Assembly (NCBI RefSeq): GCF_000146505.1
Contig: NC_017448.1
Location: forward strand, 1,410,001-1,442,000
Origin: Fibrobacter succinogenes subsp. succinogenes S85
GTDB lineage: Bacteria; Fibrobacterota; Fibrobacteria; Fibrobacterales; Fibrobacteraceae
Reading direction: 5' to 3'
Length of the DNA stretch: 32,000 bases
The notes under the pieces: generated by a model
What the model saw: only the letters and a program-made list of their open reading frames with translations
Database searches by the model: none
Told to the model about the DNA's origin: nothing
Program-made: the position numbers and the translations under genes
Shown: piece by piece, positions 18,317 to 26,284 of the stretch
Position numbering within the stretch: the stretch's first letter is position 1
Layout: each line of letters begins with the position of its first letter

Positions 18317-20650
18317 ATGAGAGAAAATTACTTCGGTCGCGTATTAAATTCCCTGAATACAGAATGCACCCGCAAAAATTATGAGCTCGATTTCGTAACG
18401 CTCAAGAGCTACGAATACTGGATTCGCATGATGCGGATTTGCAAAAGCTATCCCGATGCCGACGACTGCATTGCAATCATCTCCAAAGAACGCGCCTCCC
18501 GCGTGCTGAAAGACCTCTCGGAACATTTCGAAAAGCTCAACGCCGAAGAAGACCGCCTCCCGCTTCATGCAAAAAAGCGCTTTATCAAGGAATCGAACGG
18601 GAATTATGCCGGCAAGAGGCTCCGCTGCAACGAAGAGAGCGAAGAAATGAGCGTTGCCTACCAGCGCCGCCAAATGGCTGTCGTGCGTTTCAACGACGTC
18701 ATTGACCGTTCCTGCTCTGTCCGCGAAATTACGGATTTCGTGCGCAATTACCTGTGCGGTGAAGGCATTTTTGACCAGCAGTCGCAAAAGGTTTTCTACG
18801 ATAGCATTGTCCGTGAACTGCTCGGTTTTCTGGAAGAGAACAGAGACGTGCATGACGCCTATTACAAACGCCTTGAAATCGTGCAGAAATCGTTCAACCT
18901 GACCGATGACGAAATGGAAATCATGATGTTCTCGTGGATTTTCTTCAACAAGGAACAGTGCAGTTCGCTTTTGGAAATGATCGGTTCCCGCAGATTCAGA
19001 GGGGCCGTGCTTCCGGATATTTTTCCGCAGCTTTATCCGGACGTTGATTTCGAAAACGCCGTTTCGAACAAGGGGACGCTCAAACAGATGGGCATCCTTG
19101 ACGAAGACCTCGACATTTCCAAGCGCATCGGGATGTTCCTGGACGGTCATTCCGGCAACGATCTGGACAGCCTCTATTTTAGAGTCTATGAAGGTGACTC
19201 CGTTCCGTTCAAGAAGCTCTGCAACAACAACCCGAAAGTGGAATTGGCGTTCAACATGATCAAGCACGCCAAAGTTGGCGAAGGCTTGAACCTTTTCTTC
19301 TACGGTGTTGAAGGTACCGGCAAAACCGAACTCGCCAAAGCGATTGCAAAAAAGCTCAACCGCCCGCTCGTGCTCACAAACATCAGCATTGTCGGCGAAC
19401 ACCGCGAAAGCAAGGAAAACTCAGTCGTTCGCAGCCGCATGGGGAGCATCCTTTATGCCGCCACAAAGTTCCAGAAAAAGAAGGCGATTCTCCTCGTCGA
19501 CGAATCCGACGTCATTCTCAACTGTTGCGAAAAAGGAAGTCTCAACTTCTTCCTTGAACAGATCAAGGTTCCCGTCATCTGGATTTCGAATACCACGCGC
19601 TGGATTGAAAACAGCACGCTCCGCCGTTTCAATTACTCCATCCATTTCGACCGCCCCGATGCCGAAAAGCGTTTGCAAGTCTGGGAATCCGTTGTCAGCG
19701 AACATAGCGCATCGTCCATTATCCCGCAAGAAGTCGTGAAGCGATTCTCCGAAGAATTGCAAATTACCGCAGGCGGCATCACGCAAGCTATCGTCGGCGC
19801 CAAAAAGCTCGTGGAGTCCGGTTGCAAAATTGACCCCATCAAGGCCATCCGCACCATCGCCGAAGCGCAATCGGAACTTTTGGACTTGGACATGGTTTAT
19901 GCCAACCGCGACAAGGAAAGCCGTTCGCCCACGTACCTGCTTGACGCGCTGAACATCGATGCCGACATGAAAAACGTACTGAAAGTCATGAGCGCATTTG
20001 ACGAAAAGTGGAAACAGATGCAAGACGGCGACCGCCCGGATAGCCTCAACATGCTCCTCTACGGCGCCCCCGGCACCGGCAAGACGGAATTCGCCAAGCA
20101 CATTGCACGCACGCTCGGCCGCAAGCTCATCATCAAGCGCACAAGCGACTTGCTGAATAGCTACGTCGGTGAAACCGAAAAGGCCATCCGCAAGATGTTC
20201 AAGGAAGCCGAAGAAGCCAAGGCAATCCTCTTCCTTGATGAAGCCGACAGTTTGATCCGTGACCGCAACGGAGCCTCGCACAACTGGGAAGTAACCCAGG
20301 TGAACGAAATGCTCACGCAGATGGAAAACTTCAAGGGCATCTTCATTGCAGCCACCAACTTCGAAGGCGAACTCGACACAGCATCGCGCAGACGCTTTGC
20401 GCTCAAAGTCAAATTCGGTTACCTCAAGCCGGAAGGCATTGAATCGCTGTGGCACGGATTCTTCCCGAACGTGCAAATGCCCGAAGCCGTGAAGAACCTC
20501 CGCATGCTCACCCCGGGCGACTTCAACGCTGTCTACAGCACGCTCCGATTCTACGACGCAAGCGAGCTCACCGCCGACCGCATCATGAACGCGCTCAAGT
20601 CCGAAATCGCCTACAAGGACAGCCGCGAAGGAAGAACCATGGGACTGTAG
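18317..20650 (+). CDS. double AAA+ ATPase with a ~330-aa N-terminal domain of unknown function
   Basis: AAA-1 has Walker A GVEGTGKT and Walker B ILLVDESD. AAA-2 has Walker A GAPGTGKT, Walker B ILFLDEADSL, sensor-1 AATNF and an Arg finger in SRRRF (classic-clade, SpoVK/Vps4/CDC48-like). ATG 18317 has AAAGGAGG 4 nt upstream. Confidence 0.85.
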   Translation: MRENYFGRVLNSLNTECTRKNYELDFVTLKSYEYWIRMMRICKSYPDADDCIAIISKERASRVLKDLSEHFEKLNAEEDRLPLHAKKRFIKESNGNYAGKRLRCNEESEEMSVAYQRRQMAVVRFNDVIDRSCSVREITDFVRNYLCGEGIFDQQSQKVFYDSIVRELLGFLEENRDVHDAYYKRLEIVQKSFNLTDDEMEIMMFSWIFFNKEQCSSLLEMIGSRRFRGAVLPDIFPQLYPDVDFENAVSNKGTLKQMGILDEDLDISKRIGMFLDGHSGNDLDSLYFRVYEGDSVPFKKLCNNNPKVELAFNMIKHAKVGEGLNLFFYGVEGTGKTELAKAIAKKLNRPLVLTNISIVGEHRESKENSVVRSRMGSILYAATKFQKKKAILLVDESDVILNCCEKGSLNFFLEQIKVPVIWISNTTRWIENSTLRRFNYSIHFDRPDAEKRLQVWESVVSEHSASSIIPQEVVKRFSEELQITAGGITQAIVGAKKLVESGCKIDPIKAIRTIAEAQSELLDLDMVYANRDKESRSPTYLLDALNIDADMKNVLKVMSAFDEKWKQMQDGDRPDSLNMLLYGAPGTGKTEFAKHIARTLGRKLIIKRTSDLLNSYVGETEKAIRKMFKEAEEAKAILFLDEADSLIRDRNGASHNWEVTQVNEMLTQMENFKGIFIAATNFEGELDTASRRRFALKVKFGYLKPEGIESLWHGFFPNVQMPEAVKNLRMLTPGDFNAVYSTLRFYDASELTADRIMNALKSEIAYKDSREGRTMGL

Positions 20651-20662
20651 AGAAGGGCGTTC

Positions 20663-20709
20663 CCGCGCATATACAAAAAAGGCCGCAGCATTTTATTGCT
20701 ACGGTCTTT
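20663..20709. repeat. ~45-bp direct repeat, copy A (terminator-like hairpin)
   Basis: cat-atacaaaaaaggCCGCAGCATTTTATTGCTACGGTCTTT shares a 27-bp identical core plus similar flanks with 26186-26232. Confidence 0.85.
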
Positions 20710-20775
20710 GAACCATTTGGAAAAGGTTATATTAACTTTACAACCACTGGCTCATTACTTTTAAAGGAACAGACG

Positions 20776-21555
20776 ATGCTCAAACCCGCAAATAAAGAAG
20801 AACTGCAGAAAATCATTGAGAACCGCATTCAGACCGAGGGTCCCGAATGCAACCTGAACGACATCGATGTTTCGGACATCACCGACATGAGCGACTTATT
20901 CAAAGGAAGCGAATTCAATGGTGACATCAGCAAGTGGGATGTATCCAACGTGACGGATATGAGCGATATGTTCAGTGGCACACAATTCAACGGTGACATC
21001 AGCAGATGGAATGTGTCCAATGTGACGAATATGAGAAGTATGTTCTTCATGAGCAAATTCAATGGCGGCATCAGCGAGTGGAAAGTGTCCAAAGTGATCG
21101 ATATGAGTAGTATGTTCTCCATGAGCAAATTCAACGGCGACATCAGTAGGTGGGATGTGTCCAATGTGACGAATATGAGTAATATGTTCTTCTTTAGCCA
21201 TTTCAACGACAACATCAGCAACTGGGATGTGTCTAAAGTGACGAATATGGGCGGGATGTTTAGTGGCACACAATTCAACGGTGACATCAGCAGATGGAAT
21301 GTGTCCAACGTGACTAATATGGACGCGATGTTCTCCGATAGCCAGTTCAACAGCGACATCAGCAAGTGGAACGTGTCTAAAGTGACGAATATGTGTAATA
21401 TGTTCTCCGATAGCCAGTTCAACGGTGACATCAGCGAGTGGAAAGTGTCCAATGAGACTAACATAGCCGGTATATTCGGTGGTAGAAGTCAGTTCAAAGG
21501 CGACATTAGCAAGTGGAACATACGCGCCACCATGAAGAACTTGATCTATTTATAG
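20776..21555 (+). CDS. DUF285/BspA-type leucine-rich-repeat-like protein (259 aa, no signal peptide)
   Basis: The header MLKPANKEELQKIIENRIQTEGPECNLNDIDVSDITDM is followed by about nine 24-aa repeats of the form sxMFxxSxFNGDISxWDVSNVTnM. AAGGA lies 7 nt upstream of ATG 20776. The track's upstream extension overlaps the AAA+ gene and is rejected. Confidence 0.85.
   Translation: MLKPANKEELQKIIENRIQTEGPECNLNDIDVSDITDMSDLFKGSEFNGDISKWDVSNVTDMSDMFSGTQFNGDISRWNVSNVTNMRSMFFMSKFNGGISEWKVSKVIDMSSMFSMSKFNGDISRWDVSNVTNMSNMFFFSHFNDNISNWDVSKVTNMGGMFSGTQFNGDISRWNVSNVTNMDAMFSDSQFNSDISKWNVSKVTNMCNMFSDSQFNGDISEWKVSNETNIAGIFGGRSQFKGDISKWNIRATMKNLIYL
20890..21526 (+). repeat. tandem 72-bp (24-codon) coding repeats
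   Basis: Regular 72-bp periodicity of ...ttcaacggtgacatcagcagatggaatgtgtccaatgtgac... units. Similar arrays occur at about 21840-22110, 22670-23200 and 23400-23950. Confidence 0.9.
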
Positions 21556-21604
21556 TTGCAAATAAAAACGCCTAGCTTTTGTAGAGCTACCATCCTTAAC
21601 ATTC

Positions 21605-21646
21605 AAAGCCTTGATGCGGATCTGCACAAGGCTTTTTACTTTTTTG
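21605..21646 (+). terminator. rho-independent terminator after BspA-like gene 1
   Basis: aaagccttg/caaggcttt 9-bp stem followed by a T-run. The whole ~85-bp 3' UTR is repeated after gene 2. Confidence 0.7.
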
Positions 21647-21722
21647 CCATTTTTTCACATTTTTGTATTTAAATTTATTGACGATTAAAATTGCATTTGC
21701 ATTACTTTTAAAGGAACAGACG

Positions 21723-24017
21723 ATGCTCAAACCCGCAAATAAAGAAGAATTGAAAAAAATCATCGAGAACCGCATTCAGACCGAGGGTCCCGAATGCGAC
21801 TTGAACGACATCAATGTTTCGGCCATCACCGATATGAGCGAATTGTTCAAAGAAAGCAAATTCAATGGCTACATTAGCAAGTGGAACGTGTCCAACGTGA
21901 CCGACATGAGCAGGATGTTCCTTGGTAGCCAATTCGACGGCGACATCAGTAGGTGGGACGTGTCAAACGTGATCAATATGAGCGAGATGTTCCGTGAAAG
22001 CAACTTCAACGGCGACATCAGCAATTGGAACGTATCCAACATGATGAACAAGAAAAGTATGCTTGAAGGAAGCTCATTCAATGGTGACATCAGTAGATGG
22101 GGCCATTCCAAAGTAACTTCGGAAAAGTCGGAGAATAACTTTGTTCTTGACGACTATTTGGAGTTGCTGGATGATGAATTTTTGAATCCAGAGACCTATT
22201 TGGATTTATCTGATAAGAGCCTACATGACGGTGTCGATGGTGGTCCTGATGATGCTTTGTTTAACGATGATGATAGTACCTTCAAAAGCAGTTCTGTATC
22301 AGCATCTAGAGATCCATCTGCGTTAGCGGAAGAGGAAAACCAGAAAGCGAAGGCAATCGGCTCTGTGTTTGAAGGACGCCCATTCATCGGCGACATTCAC
22401 GAGTGGGATGTATCCGAAGAAATTTCAAATCAGGATAGCTATGTTCCTTGTAATTACTTAAAAAAAAAGACGATGCTCAAACCCGCAAATAAAGAAGAAC
22501 TGAAGAAAATCATTGAGAATCGCATTCAGACCGAGGGACTCAAATGCGACCTGAACGACATCGATGTTTCTGGCATTACCGATATGAGCGGGTTGTTTGA
22601 AGGTGACGAATTTTTTGATGTTGACATAGATGACATTCTAGGTAGGTGGCTCCCGTCTATTGGCGACTTTAATGGTGACATCAGTAGGTGGGACGTGTCC
22701 AATGTAACGAATATGAGTAGTATGTTCTCCTGTAGCCAATTCAACGGTGACATCAGTAGGTGGAACTTGTCCAATGTGACCGATATGAGCGGAATGTTCT
22801 CCGACAGTCAATTCAACGGCGACATCAGTAGGTGGAACTTGTCCAATGTGACCGGCATGCACGAAATGTTCTCCCGTAGCCAATTCAACGGTGACATTAG
22901 TAGGTGGGACGTGTCCAAAGTGACCGATATGAGCAGAATATTTTCTGACAGTCAATTTGACGGAGACATCAGCAAGTGGAAAGTGTCCAACGTAACCAAC
23001 ATGAGCGGGATGTTTGAAAGAAGCTCGTTCAATGGTGTCATTAGCAAGTGGGACGTGTCCAATGTAACGAATATGAGTAGTATGTTCTCCCGTAGCCAAT
23101 TCAACGGTGACATTAGTAGGTGGAACGTGTCCAATGTTACCGATATGAACGGGATGTTTTCTGATAGTTCGTTCAACGGCGACATCATTAGGTGGGATGT
23201 TTCCGAAGAAATTTCAAATCAGGATAGCTTGGTTCGTTGTAATTACTTAAAAAAACAGTTTTTAACAACAACCGCTCCCAATAAAAAAGAAATTTTGAGA
23301 AATCTTATTAAAGAAAGAATTAAGCGGTTTGGACACAAATGCAACCTGAACGACATCGATGTTTCGGACATCACCGATATGAGCGGGTTGTTTGAAATAC
23401 TCGGATTCAACGGCGACATTAGCGAATGGGACGTGTCAAACGTGACCGACATGAGCAGGATGTTCTATGGCAGCCAATTTAACGGCGACATCAGCAAGTG
23501 GAACGTATCTAAAGTAACTAACATGAGCCACATGTTTGAAGGCGCTTATAGGTATATTGGGGATTACGAACACAAACGAATAGTAGACAATCCGTTTACA
23601 GGTAATATCAGTAGGTGGGATGTATCTAATGTGACTGACATGAGTTATATGTTCCGCTGGAGCGAATTCAACGGCGACATTAGCAATTGGAACGTGTCTA
23701 AAGTAACTAATATGAGCCACATGTTTGAAAGTTATAAGAATATTCGGAATTTTTGGAAATGCAAATTATATGGCTTAGAAAATAACAATCTGTTTATTGG
23801 CGACATCGGCAAGTGGGATGTATCCAATGTGACCGACATGAGTTGTATGTTCTACTGGAGCAAATTCAACGGCGACATCAGTAGGTGGAATGTATCCAAT
23901 GTGACCGACATGCACGAAATGTTCTCCCATAGCAAATTCAACGAATTCAATATCCGCAATTGGAACATCCGTCCCGACTGTGACACCACGAACATGTTTA
24001 AAAAAGATCATAAATAA
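21723..24017 (+). CDS. DUF285/BspA-type repeat protein, 764 aa, built from three fused gene-like modules
   Basis: The same header as gene 1 occurs at 21723 and, in frame, at ATG 22473. A degenerate third header (APNKKEILRNLIKERIKRFGHKCNLNDIDVSDITDM) starts near 23270. Modules 1 and 2 each end in the same tail, WDVSEEISNQDSxVxCNYLKK. An acidic low-complexity linker lies at about 22120-22370. Confidence 0.85.
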   Translation: MLKPANKEELKKIIENRIQTEGPECDLNDINVSAITDMSELFKESKFNGYISKWNVSNVTDMSRMFLGSQFDGDISRWDVSNVINMSEMFRESNFNGDISNWNVSNMMNKKSMLEGSSFNGDISRWGHSKVTSEKSENNFVLDDYLELLDDEFLNPETYLDLSDKSLHDGVDGGPDDALFNDDDSTFKSSSVSASRDPSALAEEENQKAKAIGSVFEGRPFIGDIHEWDVSEEISNQDSYVPCNYLKKKTMLKPANKEELKKIIENRIQTEGLKCDLNDIDVSGITDMSGLFEGDEFFDVDIDDILGRWLPSIGDFNGDISRWDVSNVTNMSSMFSCSQFNGDISRWNLSNVTDMSGMFSDSQFNGDISRWNLSNVTGMHEMFSRSQFNGDISRWDVSKVTDMSRIFSDSQFDGDISKWKVSNVTNMSGMFERSSFNGVISKWDVSNVTNMSSMFSRSQFNGDISRWNVSNVTDMNGMFSDSSFNGDIIRWDVSEEISNQDSLVRCNYLKKQFLTTTAPNKKEILRNLIKERIKRFGHKCNLNDIDVSDITDMSGLFEILGFNGDISEWDVSNVTDMSRMFYGSQFNGDISKWNVSKVTNMSHMFEGAYRYIGDYEHKRIVDNPFTGNISRWDVSNVTDMSYMFRWSEFNGDISNWNVSKVTNMSHMFESYKNIRNFWKCKLYGLENNNLFIGDIGKWDVSNVTDMSCMFYWSKFNGDISRWNVSNVTDMHEMFSHSKFNEFNIRNWNIRPDCDTTNMFKKDHK

Positions 24018-24056
24018 AAACGCCCAACTTTTGTAGAGCGACCATCCTAAACATTC

Positions 24057-24096
24057 AAAGCCTTGATGCGGATTTGCACAAGGCTTTTTATTTTTT
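24057..24096 (+). terminator. rho-independent terminator after BspA-like gene 2
   Basis: Same aaagccttg/caaggcttt hairpin plus T-run as at 21605-21646. Confidence 0.7.
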
Positions 24097-24186
24097 GCGT
24101 TTGCAAATTTTTTTACGGACTTGCTTTACATTGGCGGGACAGCCTACGATAATTATACAGAGAATACAACCAACGAAGGCATAACC

Positions 24187-24423
24187 ATGTTTGACTTCAT
24201 CAGCAACATTCTAGAACGCATAACGTATTTCTTCACACAGGTGGTCTTGCTCATCATCATCGTTCTTGCAGTCGTCCTGCTTTTCCTCGCAACTAACAGG
24301 CACAACAAGAACCCCTATGTGGATCACTCGCAAGAAATCCAGAAACAGAAAATCGAGGCCGAACGAGATGCTCAATACAAGGAGGCTTTGCAACGCCTCT
24401 ATGACGAACAATATGGAAAATAA
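24187..24423 (+). CDS. small single-pass membrane protein (78 aa) with a charged coiled C-terminus
   Basis: MFDFISNILERITYFFTQVVLLIIIVLAVVLLFLATNRH has one TM helix, followed by a KQKIEAERDAQYKEALQRLY tail. ATG 24187 is preceded by GAAGG. Confidence 0.6.
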   Translation: MFDFISNILERITYFFTQVVLLIIIVLAVVLLFLATNRHNKNPYVDHSQEIQKQKIEAERDAQYKEALQRLYDEQYGK

Positions 24424-24444
24424 ACCAACAACGGAGGCGTCACC

Positions 24445-25026
24445 ATGGGGTGTCTTGGCAACCTAATCAAAATCTTCCTCGGCATAATCATGATTATCAT
24501 CATGCTTATCGTTGGTTACAAGCTCATCTTCGATCCGTATCGGCCCGAGTCTCCTAACAGCTGTTGGTCCCATAGACCTGTAGCAGAAGAGACTTATTCG
24601 AAGTCAGATGATGGTGAATACAAGGCCAAAGAAGAAAACTATGACTTCCGTACCAATGTCCCTGTCCAGGTGGGTGAAAACCATGACTACATTATGGAGA
24701 ACACTTTCCAGAAGCCAGGCGTTGTCATGGAGCTTACCCCGAACCTTGAAAGCGGCCTCATCTATGTAATCAAGGTGTTCAAGAGCCAGCTCGGGGAAGA
24801 TTTCGCACCTACCATCACATCAGCTCACGACTCCTTCGATAAACATGACAGATGGTCTAAACATAGGACAGGACGAGCTGTCGATATCAGACTCAATGAC
24901 CTACCACTCAAAGAGAAAAGACGAGTCGTCAAAATCCTACAAGGAACCCTGCCCAAGGAATATAAGGTAGAATGGGAAAGCCAGGGAACCGTGAACGAAC
25001 ATCTCCACTTCCAATCTCGACATTAA
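24445..25026 (+). CDS. membrane-anchored LAS/M15-type zinc peptidase-like protein (peptidoglycan DD/LD-peptidase fold)
   Basis: An N-terminal TM anchor (LIKIFLGIIMIIIMLIVGY) is followed by ITSAHDS..SKHRTGRAVDI (the S-x-H-x-x-G-x-A-x-D zinc motif) and a C-terminal EHLHF (second His ligand). ACGGAGG RBS. Confidence 0.68.
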   Translation: MGCLGNLIKIFLGIIMIIIMLIVGYKLIFDPYRPESPNSCWSHRPVAEETYSKSDDGEYKAKEENYDFRTNVPVQVGENHDYIMENTFQKPGVVMELTPNLESGLIYVIKVFKSQLGEDFAPTITSAHDSFDKHDRWSKHRTGRAVDIRLNDLPLKEKRRVVKILQGTLPKEYKVEWESQGTVNEHLHFQSRH

Positions 25027-25069
25027 TCCAAACATCTTATAGGGGCTTTTTATTAGCCAAGGAAAAAAC

Positions 25070-26176
25070 ATGGCAATTTTTGAAACGCTTTTTATCTTGA
25101 CCGGACTTCTCATGGGCTATGTGTCACGGGGCGGAATGTACCTATTCTTGCTTCCGCTTGCCGTAGTGGCGTTCGTGCTCGCCATTATGAACAGGCCGAG
25201 CCCAACGGGTTCCAGGACAAAAAAAATCGTAAGCTCAATTTTATCGGCAGCTTACCTTGTCACGGTATTTGTCGGCTCACTTACTGCCATATCCCCCAAA
25301 AAGGAACCGACAGTTGCATTTCAGGCTCAGGATTGCAAGGACTTGTCCGGCATGGCAGATCTGGAGCGCGTCAAGGCGGAGATCGCCTTACATGACGACG
25401 AATTAATTGAGTGCGACCCTACAAAAGAGAAGGGCTGCATGGAATTCACCAATTATGGGACAAGAAGCGACAGCAACAGGTTTTACACGGTTTCCTTGCA
25501 CTGGAAATTGCCGAGATTCCAGGTTTATCCTAAAGGGATCCACCGGAAAATCATCAAGGGGCTGTTGGGTGAGGACTTGACCGATGCCGACACGATCCTT
25601 GATTCTGAACATCTAGGAGAAATTCATAAAAAAGCCGTTTACCATCAGGCGGAAAATTACAAGAGAAGCATTGAGTTCGAACTCAGGAATTATCCCAATG
25701 ACTGGTACTTTGACAGCGCCCATACAGAAGTCGCCGCCACCCTCCATTACGAACGCCAGGACAGTATAGATGTTGCGATTGATTCACTGCTGTGGACGAC
25801 TTATTATATTTCAAATGCTGGGTACAATGCCGGTGCCGCCGGAGGTTACTTTTACGAGTATCATCGGACCTTCTCAAAGAAAGACGGGTCGTTGGTTGAT
25901 TCCACTATTTTCAATCCAAATGAAAAGAAGTCAATTGTATCGCTTCTTCGCAAATATGCGGAAAAATACGATGCCAGGGCTGATGCCATCGGCATGAATT
26001 TCCAGCTGGAGCCCTCTTTTTTGAAGGACGGTATCGGTTTTGACGGTTTGTCTTTCGACATCGGCTGGCATACCCACGGTAGTGTGATGATTGTGGTGCC
26101 TTACAAGGAAATTCTACCCTATATGGAAACTTGGGCTCGCCAAAAATTCGGTTTTACAGAAGGTGGAGATCCATAA
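25070..26176 (+). CDS. membrane protein, ~3 N-terminal TM helices + ~290-aa extracytoplasmic domain
   Basis: Hydrophobic N-terminus and AAGGAAA RBS. The extracytoplasmic part has only a faint resemblance to DUF3298/RsiV-type domains (..NAGAAGGYFYEYHRTFSKKDGSLVD..), which I do not consider established. Confidence 0.6.
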   Translation: MAIFETLFILTGLLMGYVSRGGMYLFLLPLAVVAFVLAIMNRPSPTGSRTKKIVSSILSAAYLVTVFVGSLTAISPKKEPTVAFQAQDCKDLSGMADLERVKAEIALHDDELIECDPTKEKGCMEFTNYGTRSDSNRFYTVSLHWKLPRFQVYPKGIHRKIIKGLLGEDLTDADTILDSEHLGEIHKKAVYHQAENYKRSIEFELRNYPNDWYFDSAHTEVAATLHYERQDSIDVAIDSLLWTTYYISNAGYNAGAAGGYFYEYHRTFSKKDGSLVDSTIFNPNEKKSIVSLLRKYAEKYDARADAIGMNFQLEPSFLKDGIGFDGLSFDIGWHTHGSVMIVVPYKEILPYMETWARQKFGFTEGGDP

Positions 26177-26185
26177 TATAGTCCC

Positions 26186-26232
26186 CCGCCATACGCAAAA
26201 AAGACCGCAGCATTTTATTGCTACGGTCTTTA
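26186..26232. repeat. ~45-bp direct repeat, copy B = bidirectional terminator of carB
   Basis: On the minus strand GACCGUAGC-AAUAAAAU-GCUGCGGUC + U6 lies ~55 nt after the carB stop. It is near-identical to 20663-20709. Confidence 0.85.
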
Positions 26233-26284
26233 ATGTTTTTGGATCCCCTCCCGCGCTACGCTTGGTCGAGGATGACTTTAGGCA

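Noticed and set aside
20449-20775. Upstream extension of the first BspA-like ORF (368-aa version)
   Set aside because: It overlaps the 3' end of the AAA+ gene in another frame and runs through the terminator-like repeat. The true start at 20776 has an RBS and matches the header of the paralogue at 21723.
20860-23960. Regular ~72-bp periodic repeats that could be mistaken for a CRISPR array or satellite
   Set aside because: The periodicity is in frame and encodes 24-aa DUF285/LRR-like units. There are no unique spacers and no cas genes.
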